DNA of 64,000 nt. Source: an uncultured Acidobacteriota bacterium. GTDB taxonomy: Bacteria > Acidobacteriota > Thermoanaerobaculia > UBA5066 > Gp7-AA6. The notes beneath the pieces were generated by a model. That model did no database searches. It was not told where the DNA came from and saw only the letters and a program-made list of their open reading frames with translations. Within the stretch, counting starts at the first letter, position 1, and each line of letters begins with the position of its first letter. Both the position numbers and the translations under genes were made by a program. Where the stretch lies: NCBI GenBank assembly GCA_963815655.1, contig CAWFHK010000001.1:1165813-1229812 (forward strand), given 5' to 3'. Positions 17,575 to 27,177 of this stretch are shown one piece after another.

Positions 17575-20460
17575 ATGAAACGATTTCGGAGCCTTGCCGC
17601 TATCCTTCTGGCCTTCGTGCCCGTGAGTGCGATGGCCCAGAAGAAGACCTCGACGAAACCCGCCGCCCAGCCCGCCGCCGCGACGAAGGCCCGCGCCGGC
17701 GACATCCTGCCGTTCAAGGCCACGGAGAAGACGCTTGCGAACGGCCTGACGGTCATCGTCGTGCCGACCGGGTTTCCCAACATCGTCTCGCTCCAGATCC
17801 CGGTCCAGACGGGGTCGCGCAACGAGGTCGAGCCCGGGAAGTCCGGTTTCGCCCACTTCTTCGAGCACATGATGTTCCGGGGCACGAAGGCCTGGCCCCC
17901 CGAGAAGTACCAGGAGGTCCTGACCCAGATGGGGGCCCGCCAGAACGCCTACACGACCGACGACTACACCAACTACCACACGACTTTCTCGAAGGAGGAC
18001 CTCGAGAAGATGCTCCAGGTCGAGGCGGACCGGTTCATGAACCTGGACTACTCGCCGGAGGGGTTCAAGACCGAGGCGCGCGCCGTGCTCGGGGAGTACA
18101 ACAAGAACAGCGCCAACCCGCTCTTCAAGCTCGAGGAGGTCCAGCACGAGAAGGCCTTCACGACCCACACCTACCGGCACACGACGATGGGCTTCCTCAA
18201 GGACATCGAGGACATGCCGAACCAGCTCGAGTACTCGAAGACGTTCTTCTCCCGCTGGTACCGCCCCGAGCACACGACCGTCATCGTGGCCGGGGACGTG
18301 GACCCGGCCCGGGTCGTCCGGCTGGTCGAGAAGTACTGGGGCGGCTGGAAACGCGGCTCCTACAGGGTGGAGATCCCGCAGGAGCCCCCGCAGAAGGCGC
18401 CCGTCTACGCGCACCTGGCCTGGACGAGCCCGACCCTCCCCTGGGTGACGGTCGCCTTCCACGGCCCCGCCTTCTCCGACACGAAGAAGGACTTCGCGGC
18501 GATGGACCTCCTCTTCGACCTCGAGTTCGGCGAGACCTCCGACATCTACAAGAACCTCGTCGAGCGGGAGCAGAAGGTGGACCAGATGTTCGCCGACAGC
18601 GGCGGGACCCAGGACCCTGGCCTCTCCACCGTCTTCGCGCGGGTCAAGAAGATCGGGGACTCGGTTTCCGTTCGCGACGAGATCCTGAAGGTCTTCGGGA
18701 AGGCCGCCGCCGAGCCGATCGACGCCAGGCGGCTGGAGGAGGCGAAATCGAACGCCCGCTACTCCTTCGCGCGGCGGCTCGACAACACCGAGACGATCGC
18801 GGCGACGCTCGCGCGGTTCGTTCGGTTCGAGCGGTCCTACGCCACGCTCAACCGCCTCTACCGGATGTACGCCTCCCTGACGCCGGCCGACCTGCAAGCC
18901 GTCGCGAAGAAGTACTTCACCGACGCGAACCTCGTGGTCGCGACCGTCTCGCAGCAGCCGATGCCGGACGCGATCGCGAACCTCCCGACCCTCGCCTCGC
19001 TCGCGCCGGCCGCGCCCGGAGCCGGCGGCCCGGACGTGGACTTCGTCATCCAGAAGACGGCGCTTCCGCAGCTGAACGTCAAGCTCCTCTTCAAGGTCGG
19101 GTCCGCTGACGACCCCCCGGGCAAGGAGGGTCTCTCCGCGCTCGCCGCCGCGATGGTGGCCGAGGCGGGATCGAAGGAGCGACGCATCGACGAGATCAAC
19201 AAGGCCTTCTTCCCGATGGCCGGCGTCTTCCGCGGCCGCGCGGACAAGGAGATGACGACCTTCACCGGCTTCATCCACCGCGACAACTGGAAGACCTTCT
19301 TCGACATCGCGCTGCCGATGCTGACCGATCCGGGCCTGCGCGAGGAGGACTTCAAGAGGTTGAAGGACGCCCAGTCAAACGCGCTGAAGGAGGACCTGCG
19401 CTCGAACAACGAGGAGGAGCTCGGCAAGGAGCGGCTCCAGGCAAAGATCTTCGCCGGCACCCCCTACGGCCACCCCGTCCTCGGAACGGTGGCCGGGATC
19501 GAGGCCATCACCCTCGATGACGTCCGGGGCTTCATCCAGGGCGCTTACACCCGGGCCGCGCTGACGGTCGGCGTCGCCGGCGACGCCCCTGAGGAGATGA
19601 TCACGGCGCTCAGGAAGGAGATCGCGAAGCTGCCCGCCGGTCCCGCGCTCGCCGCCCCGCAGGGGATCGCCGGAAAGCGGCCGCAGGGGATCGAAGTCGA
19701 GATCATCGAGAAGGAGACCCGGGCGACGGCCATCTCCTTCGGCCTGCCGATTGCCGTGACGCGCTCCCATCCCGACTACCCCGCCCTGTATCTCGCGCGC
19801 ACGTGGCTGGGCGAGCACCGCTCCTCCGTCTCCCACCTCTACCAGAGGATCCGCGAGGTCCGCGGGATGAACTACGGCGACTACGCCTACATCGAGGCGT
19901 TCCCGCGCGGGATGTTCCAGTTCTTCCCCGACCCCAACATCGCCCGCCGGGCGCAGATCTTCGAGGTCTGGATCCGCCCGGTCGTCCCCGTCAACGCGCA
20001 CATGGCTCTCCGGATTGCCGTGTACGAGCTCGACAAGCTCCTCCGCGACGGCCTCTCGAAGGAAGACTTCGAGCGGACGCGCGACTACTTGATGAAGAAC
20101 GTGTTCGTGATGACGGCGACCCAGAACCAGCAGATCGGCTACGCCCTCGATTCGAAGTGGTATGGCACCGGCGAGTACACGGCGATGATGCGCGACCGCC
20201 TGAAGGTGCTCACGCTCGAAGACGTCAACGCGGCGGTCCGCAAGCACCTCTCCGCCAGCGACCTCTCCGTCGTGATCGTCGCGAAGGACGCGAAAGGACT
20301 CAAGGACGCGCTCGTCTCCGACGAGTTCTCCCCCATCAAGTACGACGCCGAGAAGCCGAAGGAACTGCTGGACGAGGACAAGGTGATCGGGGCGCTCAAG
20401 CTCGCGATCAAACCGGAGAACGTGAAGATCACGCCCGTGGACGACGTCTTCGCAAAGTGA
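17575..20460 (+). CDS. Secreted tandem-unit M16 (pitrilysin/insulinase family) zinc peptidase.
   Basis: Signal peptide MKRFRSLAAILLAFVPVSAMAQ. Inverted zinc motif GFAHFFEHMMFRGT (HxxEH). About 960 aa, so two M16 units. Confidence 0.85.
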   Translation: MKRFRSLAAILLAFVPVSAMAQKKTSTKPAAQPAAATKARAGDILPFKATEKTLANGLTVIVVPTGFPNIVSLQIPVQTGSRNEVEPGKSGFAHFFEHMMFRGTKAWPPEKYQEVLTQMGARQNAYTTDDYTNYHTTFSKEDLEKMLQVEADRFMNLDYSPEGFKTEARAVLGEYNKNSANPLFKLEEVQHEKAFTTHTYRHTTMGFLKDIEDMPNQLEYSKTFFSRWYRPEHTTVIVAGDVDPARVVRLVEKYWGGWKRGSYRVEIPQEPPQKAPVYAHLAWTSPTLPWVTVAFHGPAFSDTKKDFAAMDLLFDLEFGETSDIYKNLVEREQKVDQMFADSGGTQDPGLSTVFARVKKIGDSVSVRDEILKVFGKAAAEPIDARRLEEAKSNARYSFARRLDNTETIAATLARFVRFERSYATLNRLYRMYASLTPADLQAVAKKYFTDANLVVATVSQQPMPDAIANLPTLASLAPAAPGAGGPDVDFVIQKTALPQLNVKLLFKVGSADDPPGKEGLSALAAAMVAEAGSKERRIDEINKAFFPMAGVFRGRADKEMTTFTGFIHRDNWKTFFDIALPMLTDPGLREEDFKRLKDAQSNALKEDLRSNNEEELGKERLQAKIFAGTPYGHPVLGTVAGIEAITLDDVRGFIQGAYTRAALTVGVAGDAPEEMITALRKEIAKLPAGPALAAPQGIAGKRPQGIEVEIIEKETRATAISFGLPIAVTRSHPDYPALYLARTWLGEHRSSVSHLYQRIREVRGMNYGDYAYIEAFPRGMFQFFPDPNIARRAQIFEVWIRPVVPVNAHMALRIAVYELDKLLRDGLSKEDFERTRDYLMKNVFVMTATQNQQIGYALDSKWYGTGEYTAMMRDRLKVLTLEDVNAAVRKHLSASDLSVVIVAKDAKGLKDALVSDEFSPIKYDAEKPKELLDEDKVIGALKLAIKPENVKITPVDDVFAK

Positions 20461-20488
20461 CAGGGCGCGCGATGCCGCGCGCCCTGTC
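20461..20488 (+). terminator. Perfect GC hairpin directly after the M16 peptidase stop.
   Basis: cagggcgcgcgatgccgcgcgccctg. Confidence 0.6.
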
Positions 20489-20512
20489 ATCCCGAGCGCA
20501 GCGAGGGATCTC

Positions 20513-20552
20513 CCCCTCACCCCTTCCCTCTCCCGCCGGGAGAAGGGGGAGG
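20513..20552. repeat. REP-like GC-rich palindromic element, copy 2.
   Basis: cccctcaccccttccctctcccgccgggagaaggggga is about 90% identical to the 3594-3630 copy and has the same palindrome. Confidence 0.7.
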
Positions 20553-20604
20553 ACGCCGTAGCGCCGTGGATGCCCGGCACTCCTCGTGCATGGCGTTGTC
20601 TCCG

Positions 20605-21882
20605 ATGGGCAAACCGCGCGTCGTCATCGTCGGGGCAGGATTCGGAGGGCTCTCGGCGGCGCGCACGCTGCGCCACGCGCCGGTGGAAGTCACCGTCGTG
20701 GACCGCCGCAACCACCACCTCTTCCAGCCGCTGCTCTACCAGGTGGCGACCGCGGCTCTCTCGCCGGGCGACATCGCCTATCCGATCCGCTCGATCCTGC
20801 GCCGCCAGAAGAACGCGCGCGTCCTGCTGGCGGAGGTCGTCGCCGTGGACGAAGCCTCGCGCGAGCTCGTGCTCGCCGACAGCGGCCGCATCGGCTACGA
20901 CTTCCTCATCCTCGCGACCGGCGCGACCCATTCCTATTTCGGGCACGGGGAGTGGGAGAAGAGTGCGCCGGGACTGAAGAGCCTGGAGGACGCGGTCGCG
21001 ATCCGGAGCCGGATCCTCCTCGCCTTCGAGAAGGCGGAACGGGAGCCCGATCTCGGGAAGAGAAGGGTCCTGCTGACCTTCGCCCTCGTCGGCGGGGGCC
21101 CGACCGGCGCCGAGCTTGCGGGCGCGATCGGCGAGATCTCCCGGCACGTCCTGGCGAGCGACTTCCGTGAGATCGATCCGCGAGAGGCGCGCATCGTCCT
21201 ACTCGAGGCCGGTCCGCGCATCCTCCCGGCCTTCCCGGAGGCGCTGGCGGCGAAGGCGGTCGGGAAGCTGGAGCGGCTGGGTGTCGAGGTGAGGGTCGGC
21301 TCCGCCGTGACGGAGATCGGCGAGGGTTACGTCCGGATCGGCGCGGAGCGCCTCGACGCGGGCACGATCCTGTGGACCGCGGGCGTCGCGGCCTCTCCCC
21401 TCGCGCGATCGCTCGGCGTCCCGCTCGACAGGGCCGGGCGCGCCGTCATCGAGCCCGACCTGACCGTCGCGGGGCATCCGGAGATCTCCCTGATCGGAGA
21501 CCTCGCAACGCTCTCCGACGCCGCCGGCAAGCCCCTGCCCGGCGTGGCCCAGGTGGCGATCCAGCAAGGACGGCACGCCGCCCGCAACATCGAGGCCGCC
21601 CGCCGCGGCGAGCCTCTTCGGGCCTTTCGGTATCGGGACCCGGGGAACCTCGCCGTTCTCGGACGCGATGCCGCCATCGCGGACATGGGACGGATCCGTC
21701 TGTCCGGATACCCCGCATGGCTCGTCTGGTGCTTCGTCCACATCCTCTACCTCATCGGCTTCCGCAACCGGTTCATCGTCCTGTTCGAATGGGCGTGGGC
21801 CTACCTGACCTGGCAGCGCGGAGCCCGCCTCATCACCGGCCCGGCCGGGACGCCGCCCGGAGAGCCGCCTTCGGAAGGGTAG
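20605..21882 (+). CDS. ndh: Type II NADH:quinone oxidoreductase (NDH-2).
   Basis: MGKPRVVIVGAGFGGL (GxGxxG) ... LVGGGPTGAELAG second Rossmann motif ... C-terminal membrane-anchoring helix. Confidence 0.85.
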   Translation: MGKPRVVIVGAGFGGLSAARTLRHAPVEVTVVDRRNHHLFQPLLYQVATAALSPGDIAYPIRSILRRQKNARVLLAEVVAVDEASRELVLADSGRIGYDFLILATGATHSYFGHGEWEKSAPGLKSLEDAVAIRSRILLAFEKAEREPDLGKRRVLLTFALVGGGPTGAELAGAIGEISRHVLASDFREIDPREARIVLLEAGPRILPAFPEALAAKAVGKLERLGVEVRVGSAVTEIGEGYVRIGAERLDAGTILWTAGVAASPLARSLGVPLDRAGRAVIEPDLTVAGHPEISLIGDLATLSDAAGKPLPGVAQVAIQQGRHAARNIEAARRGEPLRAFRYRDPGNLAVLGRDAAIADMGRIRLSGYPAWLVWCFVHILYLIGFRNRFIVLFEWAWAYLTWQRGARLITGPAGTPPGEPPSEG

Positions 21883-21900
21883 TCGTCTTTCGCGTTCGCT

Positions 21901-22854
21901 TCAGCGGCGGCGCGAGAGACGCCGGCGGAGAGCCTCCAGGAGGGGAGCGAGATGCGCCTTGGCTCCTTCCCGGACTTCGCGCAGAGCGCTGCTCACCCGC
22001 GCTTCCCCGACGCCGAAGGCCCGCCCGATTTCGAGGTTCGAGAGGGGAGTCAGTTTTCTCGCCAGGTAGATGCCCGCGACTTTTCCTTCTCCGCCGTGCC
22101 CGCGGCGCAGTCTCGCGGTGGAGATGTCCCATTCCCTCGCGACGGCCCGCTGGATCTCTCCGATGCTGAGGTCGTGCGGAGCGCGGAACCGCCGCCGGAC
22201 ACGCTTGCGGACGGCCGGCAGCGAGAGGAGGTGCTTCGCGTTGAGCAGGAAGCGCTGGTCTCCCAGATACCCCTGTTTCGGCATCTCGTCGAGCGGAGAG
22301 GGCGCGCGCCGGCCCTGTTCGACGAATCGCCGATACGCCCTGAGCGCGGCCGAGCGACCGCGCCCGAGCCGGGCCAGAGTCCAGTCGACTTCCAGCCACT
22401 CCGGGGGCGTCTCCCTTCCGGCGGTCGCCCGGTAATTGCTCCAGGGCCACCCTCCCGGCTGACGCGAAAGCCCTTCCCGCACGGGACTCCACACCACGTA
22501 GCGGCACATATCGAGCAGGTACAGCTCCTTCTGCACGAGAACCGACCGGAATCTCCCCTCCAGGAGGGTCCCCTCACGCCGGTGGCGCCGGTTGAACCAC
22601 TGCGTGTAGCGCCCGTTCAAGGAGCGCATGCCGTGCGACAGCCCGCCCGCGGGCATCTCGATCAGGAGATCGAACCGGTCCTCGAGGAGGCAGTACGCGT
22701 GGATCTTCCAGTGCTCGTCCGGGCCGATCGTCCCGAGCAGCTCGAGGAACCTCTTGCTGTCCTTCGCGTCGCGGAAGATCTTGCGTCCGCTCCGCGCCCT
22801 GCCCGTGACGTAAACCACCGCTCCCGGGTACTCCAGCCTCAGTGCTCTTGCCAT
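21901..22854 (-). CDS. IS200/IS605-like Y1 (HUH) transposase domain fused to a DnaA C-terminal-like HTH domain.
   Basis: N-terminal half MARALRLEYPGAVVYVTGRARSGRKIF...HWKIHAYCLLEDRFDLLIE...LNGRYTQWFN is Y1 transposase-like. C-terminal IGEIQRAVAREWDISTARLRRG...AGIYLARKLT resembles DnaA domain IV. Confidence 0.65.
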   Translation of the reverse strand: MARALRLEYPGAVVYVTGRARSGRKIFRDAKDSKRFLELLGTIGPDEHWKIHAYCLLEDRFDLLIEMPAGGLSHGMRSLNGRYTQWFNRRHRREGTLLEGRFRSVLVQKELYLLDMCRYVVWSPVREGLSRQPGGWPWSNYRATAGRETPPEWLEVDWTLARLGRGRSAALRAYRRFVEQGRRAPSPLDEMPKQGYLGDQRFLLNAKHLLSLPAVRKRVRRRFRAPHDLSIGEIQRAVAREWDISTARLRRGHGGEGKVAGIYLARKLTPLSNLEIGRAFGVGEARVSSALREVREGAKAHLAPLLEALRRRLSRRR

Positions 22855-22960
22855 GGCCGGAGTATAGCCGCAAGACATGACCCTGACCCCCGACCTTTGG
22901 CCAGATCGATTCGGGAACCGATACCCGGGGCCGGTGTCCCACGAGCCCAGGAGGTCACCG

Positions 22961-23809
22961 ATGTCGCGACTCGCAAAGATCCTTCCTTGGGCCCTGGGAC
23001 TCCTCCTCGGAGCGCCGCTCGGGGCGGCCGAGTGCGGACGTTTCGAGCTGTCCGTCATCGTGGACGGTTCTCCCTCCGCCGAATACCCCTTTCGGGACCG
23101 GACGTACATCGAGGCCGTGCGCGGCCGGAGCTTCTCGCTGCGTCTTCACAATCCCACTTCCGAACGCGTCGCCGTGGCTCTCTCGGTGGACGGCCTGAAC
23201 GTCGTGGACGCGAAACGCACGACGGCCGCGGGCGCCACGAAGTGGATCCTGGCGCCGGGGCAGACGGTGGAGATCCCGGGCTGGCAAATCTCCGGCCAGA
23301 TGGCCCGGCGCTTCTTCTTCACCGACACGGCGCGGTCCTACGCGAAGTGGATCGGCGATACCCGCAACGTTGGCGTCATCGAGGCGGTGTTCTTCCGGGA
23401 GAAGGCGCGGCCCGTCGAGTTGCTCCCGGTGGCGCCGTTCGCGCAGGGGAAGCCGATGTCCCGCGACTCGGCGGCCCGCGCGCCCGCAGCCGAGGGACAG
23501 GTCAGGGCGGACTCCCCGGAGAGCGGCATCGCCGGCCGCGGCGAATCCCCGGAGCCCAATCCCCCGGCCGCGGCGAATCGCAGGGAGTCGGACCGATTCG
23601 CCGCGACGGGCATCGGCGACCGGACGAGCTTCCCCGTCCAGTGGGTGAGCTTCGACGAGGACCCGGTGCCGGCCGCCCGGATCGCGCTGCGCTACGAGTA
23701 CCGCAAGGAGTTGGTTCGCCTGGGCGTGATCGCTCGCGAGGATGAGCTGTATGCCAGAGACCGGGGACGCGGCTTCGAGCACGAGTACGCTCCCGAGCCG
23801 CGGCGCTAG
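22961..23809 (+). CDS. Secreted hypothetical protein.
   Basis: Signal peptide MSRLAKILPWALGLLLGAPLGAAE. No recognisable family. Confidence 0.5.
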   Translation: MSRLAKILPWALGLLLGAPLGAAECGRFELSVIVDGSPSAEYPFRDRTYIEAVRGRSFSLRLHNPTSERVAVALSVDGLNVVDAKRTTAAGATKWILAPGQTVEIPGWQISGQMARRFFFTDTARSYAKWIGDTRNVGVIEAVFFREKARPVELLPVAPFAQGKPMSRDSAARAPAAEGQVRADSPESGIAGRGESPEPNPPAAANRRESDRFAATGIGDRTSFPVQWVSFDEDPVPAARIALRYEYRKELVRLGVIAREDELYARDRGRGFEHEYAPEPRR

Positions 23810-23861
23810 TCCGGGCCTCGGTACAATCGCGCCGCCGGCGGCCAGGCGGCGCGATCTGCAT

Positions 23862-24440
23862 TTGAGCCTGACGGAGTTGCCCGACGAGGAGCTCATCGCC
23901 CTCTCGAAAGAGGGGGAAGAGACAGCTTTCGGCGAATTCGTCCGGCGACACGCCCCGACCGTGCACCGCTGGATGGCGCGGGCGGTCGGCGAGCAGGAAG
24001 CGGACGACATGGCGCAGGAAGTCTTCCTGAAGGCGTACCGCGGCCTCTCGCGCTTCCGGGGGGAGGCTCCGCCGCGCGCCTGGCTCGCCTCGATCGCGGA
24101 CAACGCCGTCAAGAACCGGTACCGCGCGCGGGGAAGGTTCCGGCGCATCTTCGCGAGCGTGGGAGAGGAGTCTCCCCTCCTCGATCCCGCGGAGACGGCG
24201 AGAGGTCCGGAGGAAAACGCCCGGGCCGGAGAGTCGCGGCGCTACGTGGCCGAGGCGCTGAAGCTCCTGCCGGCGGAGTTTCGCATGCCTGTGGTGTTGA
24301 GAGACCTGGAGGAATGGAGTTACGAGGAGATCTCGGCGTCGCTCTCCTTGCCCGTCGGGACCGTCAAATCGAGAATCTCGCGGGGACGGGGACAACTGAA
24401 GGTCCTCCTGCGCCCGCTCATGGATTCCGGAAAGATCTGA
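23862..24440 (+). CDS. ECF (sigma-24 family) RNA polymerase sigma factor. The start codon is uncertain (TTG at 23862 or 23877).
   Basis: Region 2 FGEFVRRHAPTVHRWMARAVG..EADDMAQEVFLKAYRGLSRF. Region 4 LPAEFRMPVVLRDLEEWSYEEISASLSLPVGTVKSRISRGRGQL. Confidence 0.8.
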   Translation: MSLTELPDEELIALSKEGEETAFGEFVRRHAPTVHRWMARAVGEQEADDMAQEVFLKAYRGLSRFRGEAPPRAWLASIADNAVKNRYRARGRFRRIFASVGEESPLLDPAETARGPEENARAGESRRYVAEALKLLPAEFRMPVVLRDLEEWSYEEISASLSLPVGTVKSRISRGRGQLKVLLRPLMDSGKI

Positions 24441-24444
24441 AGAA

Positions 24445-25437
24445 ATGAAGAACGACAACGTCCACCCGGCGCGCTCGGCCGACTTCCTCTCGCGTCTTCA
24501 CGACGCCGAGCTGACGGCCGCCGAGCGCGCGCACTTCGAGTCCCACCGCGCCCACTGCGCCGACTGCCGCAAGGCGGCCCTGGAGTTCGAGGCTGCTCTC
24601 TCGCTCTTTCGGGCGAGCACGACCTCTCCCCCGCCCCCGGATCTCTCGGCGCGGATCCTGCGCAAGCTCCAGGCGGCGAGCCCGCGCCGGTCTCTCTTCG
24701 GGGTCGTCTTCGGGATCAACCTGAGGTGGGCCGCCGCGTTCGCCGCGGCGATCCTCGCGACCGTCGTCGGCTCCGTCGTCGTGATCCAGCGAGAGTCCCT
24801 GCGAAAGGACGCGGAGCGTCCGGAGCCGATCCCCGTGCTCCTGCAGGGCGAGCGGAAACCGGCCGAGCCGCCGGATCTCCCGGCCCCCGACACCGCCGCG
24901 GCCGCGCGGGCAAAGGCGAACAACGCTCCTCTCCGAAAGGAGCCTGCCCCGAGCCCCGTTCCCGCTCCCGAACGGTACGCCGCGGCGCCGGCCCGGTCGG
25001 CGGACATGGCTTACGAAGGGAAGGTCCGGGCGCCGGCGAGCCGCGCCGAGGCGCAGGCGCCGCGCGGCGCGCGAGCGATGCAGGAAACGGGCTCGCCGCT
25101 CCTCCGGATCGAGGGCGCCGGAGGAGAGGGAGCGGCCGCCGCCTCGGCGGCCTCGGCCGAGCCGGGCTCGCCGGCTCTCCCCGTCCTCGTCCCCCTCGAC
25201 GGGGAGGGGCGCGCTCCCGAGATCATCACGCCCCGCGCGGCGGAGCTCCTGGCCGACCTGCGGGGACGCCAGTTTGTCCTCCTGGTCGAGGCCGGCGGAC
25301 GCGTCCTCGAGGCGAGGCCGGATGGCAGGAAGCTCGCGAAGACGCGGGCCGCGCAGCAGGTCGTGCCGCAGGCCGTCCGGGACCTCCGATTTGAGCCGAC
25401 AGACCGCCCGCGCCGCATCCTTCTGCGAATCGACTGA
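24445..25437 (+). CDS. Zinc-finger (ZAS-type) anti-sigma factor with one TM helix.
   Basis: HFESHRAHCADC (HxxxCxxC), a TM segment WAAAFAAAILATVVGSVVVI, and an Ala/Pro-rich periplasmic tail. Start is 4 nt after the sigma stop. Confidence 0.7.
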   Translation: MKNDNVHPARSADFLSRLHDAELTAAERAHFESHRAHCADCRKAALEFEAALSLFRASTTSPPPPDLSARILRKLQAASPRRSLFGVVFGINLRWAAAFAAAILATVVGSVVVIQRESLRKDAERPEPIPVLLQGERKPAEPPDLPAPDTAAAARAKANNAPLRKEPAPSPVPAPERYAAAPARSADMAYEGKVRAPASRAEAQAPRGARAMQETGSPLLRIEGAGGEGAAAASAASAEPGSPALPVLVPLDGEGRAPEIITPRAAELLADLRGRQFVLLVEAGGRVLEARPDGRKLAKTRAAQQVVPQAVRDLRFEPTDRPRRILLRID

Positions 25438-25500
25438 GCGGCCGGGCACCTCCCGGGAGCGGATCCTCCGCGGAGCCTGCCCTGAGCGAAGTCGAAGGGC

Positions 25501-26511
25501 TCAGGATGACACGGGCCGCGGAATCTCGAGGACGGCGGCCCCGCGGACTTCCCCACGCTTGATTCGCAGGAGCGCCTCGTTCGCCTCTTCGAGCGGAAAC
25601 GACTCGGTCCGGGCGCGGATCGGGATCCGCGCAGCCAGCTCCAGGAACTCCTCGGCGTCGCGGCGCGTGTAGTTCGTGACGCCGACGACGCCGCGCTCTT
25701 CGTAGAGCGACTCGTAGAAGAAGGACGGGATCGGGCTCATGTGTATCGCGTTGATCGCGAGCCGGCCGCCCCGGTCGAGCCGCGACAACGCGACGGGAAC
25801 GAGCTCTCCCGCCGGCGCGAAGGTGACCGCGGCGTCCAGCGGCGCGCCGGGATCGTCCGACGAGCCGCCCGCCCACGCCGCTCCCATCTCGAGCGCGAGT
25901 CGGCGGTGATGCTCCTCCCGCGTGAAGGCGAAGACCTCGCACCTCCAGTGGAGAGCGGCCTGGATCGCCAGGTGCGCCGACGCCCCGAACCCGAAGAGAC
26001 CCAGCTTCCCGCCCGGTTGGATCCCGGAGAGGCGCAGGGACCGGTACCCGATGATCCCGGCGCACAGGAGCGGCGCGGCTTCCCGCGCGCCGAACCCGGC
26101 CGGCAGGCGGTAGACCCACTCGGCGCGCGCCACGGTTCTCTCCGCGTAGCCGCCGTCCCGGTCGCGTCCCGTGAAGGTGGCGGCCTCGCAGAGGTTCTCG
26201 CGCCCCGAGCGGCAGAAGCGGCAGACACCGTCGGTCGAGGCCAGCCATCCCACGCCGACGGAATCACCGATCGCGAATCCCGCGACTCCCGGCCCGAGGG
26301 CCACGATCTTCCCCGCGGCCTGGTGCCCGGGAATGAGCGGCAGGCGGGCCGGGACTTCGCCTTCCAGGATGTGCAGGTCCGTCCGGCACACGCCGCACGC
26401 CTCGACGGAGATCGCGACTTCGCCCGGTTCCGGCGCCCGCTCCGCCGCGTCCACCGCTTCGAGCAGCTTCTCTTCCGCGGGACCGGTTCGCCGGAGAAGC
26501 ATCGCCCTCAT
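25501..26511 (-). CDS. Zinc-dependent alcohol dehydrogenase (MDR family).
   Basis: GVCRTDLHILEG, GHQAAGKIVALG, C-x2-C-x2-C-x7-C structural zinc site (CRFCRSGRENLCEAA), GxGxxG LGLFGFGASAHLA. Confidence 0.85.
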   Translation of the reverse strand: MRAMLLRRTGPAEEKLLEAVDAAERAPEPGEVAISVEACGVCRTDLHILEGEVPARLPLIPGHQAAGKIVALGPGVAGFAIGDSVGVGWLASTDGVCRFCRSGRENLCEAATFTGRDRDGGYAERTVARAEWVYRLPAGFGAREAAPLLCAGIIGYRSLRLSGIQPGGKLGLFGFGASAHLAIQAALHWRCEVFAFTREEHHRRLALEMGAAWAGGSSDDPGAPLDAAVTFAPAGELVPVALSRLDRGGRLAINAIHMSPIPSFFYESLYEERGVVGVTNYTRRDAEEFLELAARIPIRARTESFPLEEANEALLRIKRGEVRGAAVLEIPRPVSS

Positions 26512-26540
26512 GCGGCCATTCTCTCCCCGCGGGATGTTGC

Positions 26541-26613
26541 GGGTTTCAGGTTTCAGGTTTCAAGTTTCAAGAGAAAGCCAAGGCGCCACCTGAAACCGGA
26601 AACTTGAAACCCC
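26541..26613. repeat. GTTTCA/TGAAAC hexamer-repeat inverted pair (hairpin) in a divergent promoter region.
   Basis: gggtttcaggtttcaggtttcaagtttcaag ... ctgaaaccggaaacttgaaacccc. Confidence 0.65.
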
Positions 26614-26627
26614 TCTCCTACTCACGG

Positions 26628-27116
26628 ATGCATAATCGCCCCAACGTGGACTCCGGAACTCATAGAGTGGACGCGCTCCTGGCCGACTACTCTTCCTACC
26701 ATCGCGCGCGCGGCAACCTCGTCTGCCACGCCTTCGGGATCACGCTGATCGTTTTCGGCAGCGCGTCCCTGCTCCTTCTGATGCGTTTGCCGGGCGCACT
26801 CCGGGTGACGGCCGCCGAGATCCTGATCGGGGCGGCGCTCCTCTTCTACCTGACGCTCGACGCCTCGCTCGCCCTCGTGATGCTCGCGGAGTTCGCGCTC
26901 CTCGACGCGGCCGCCCGCGCCGTCGGGGACTGGCGCGTGGGACTGGCCGCGTTCCTTCTCGGGTGGGTGTTCCAGGGGGTGGGGCACGCCCGCTTCGAGC
27001 GCAACTCGCCCGCGTTCTTCAAGAATCTTGCTCACCTTCTCGTCGGCCCGCTGTTTCTCGCCAACGAGCTCCTGCGCATACGCCCTGTCGCGAGCGCTTC
27101 GCCGGCGGAGAAGTAG
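26628..27116 (+). CDS. DUF962 / Mpo1-like membrane protein.
   Basis: HRARGNLVCHAFGITLIV ... GWVFQGVGHARFERNSPAFF is typical of the DUF962 family. Confidence 0.55.
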   Translation: MHNRPNVDSGTHRVDALLADYSSYHRARGNLVCHAFGITLIVFGSASLLLLMRLPGALRVTAAEILIGAALLFYLTLDASLALVMLAEFALLDAAARAVGDWRVGLAAFLLGWVFQGVGHARFERNSPAFFKNLAHLLVGPLFLANELLRIRPVASASPAEK

Positions 27117-27177
27117 GCGGACGGAGCTTGGCGGGAGCTGACTTCATCGCTCCGCGGCGCGGAGGGGGTTTCCCCGA

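Noticed and set aside
17482-19278. 598-aa minus-strand ORF (and a similar 19375-21147 590-aa ORF).
   Set aside because: Antisense to the well-supported M16 peptidase and ndh genes. Arg/Gly/Asp-rich junk composition.
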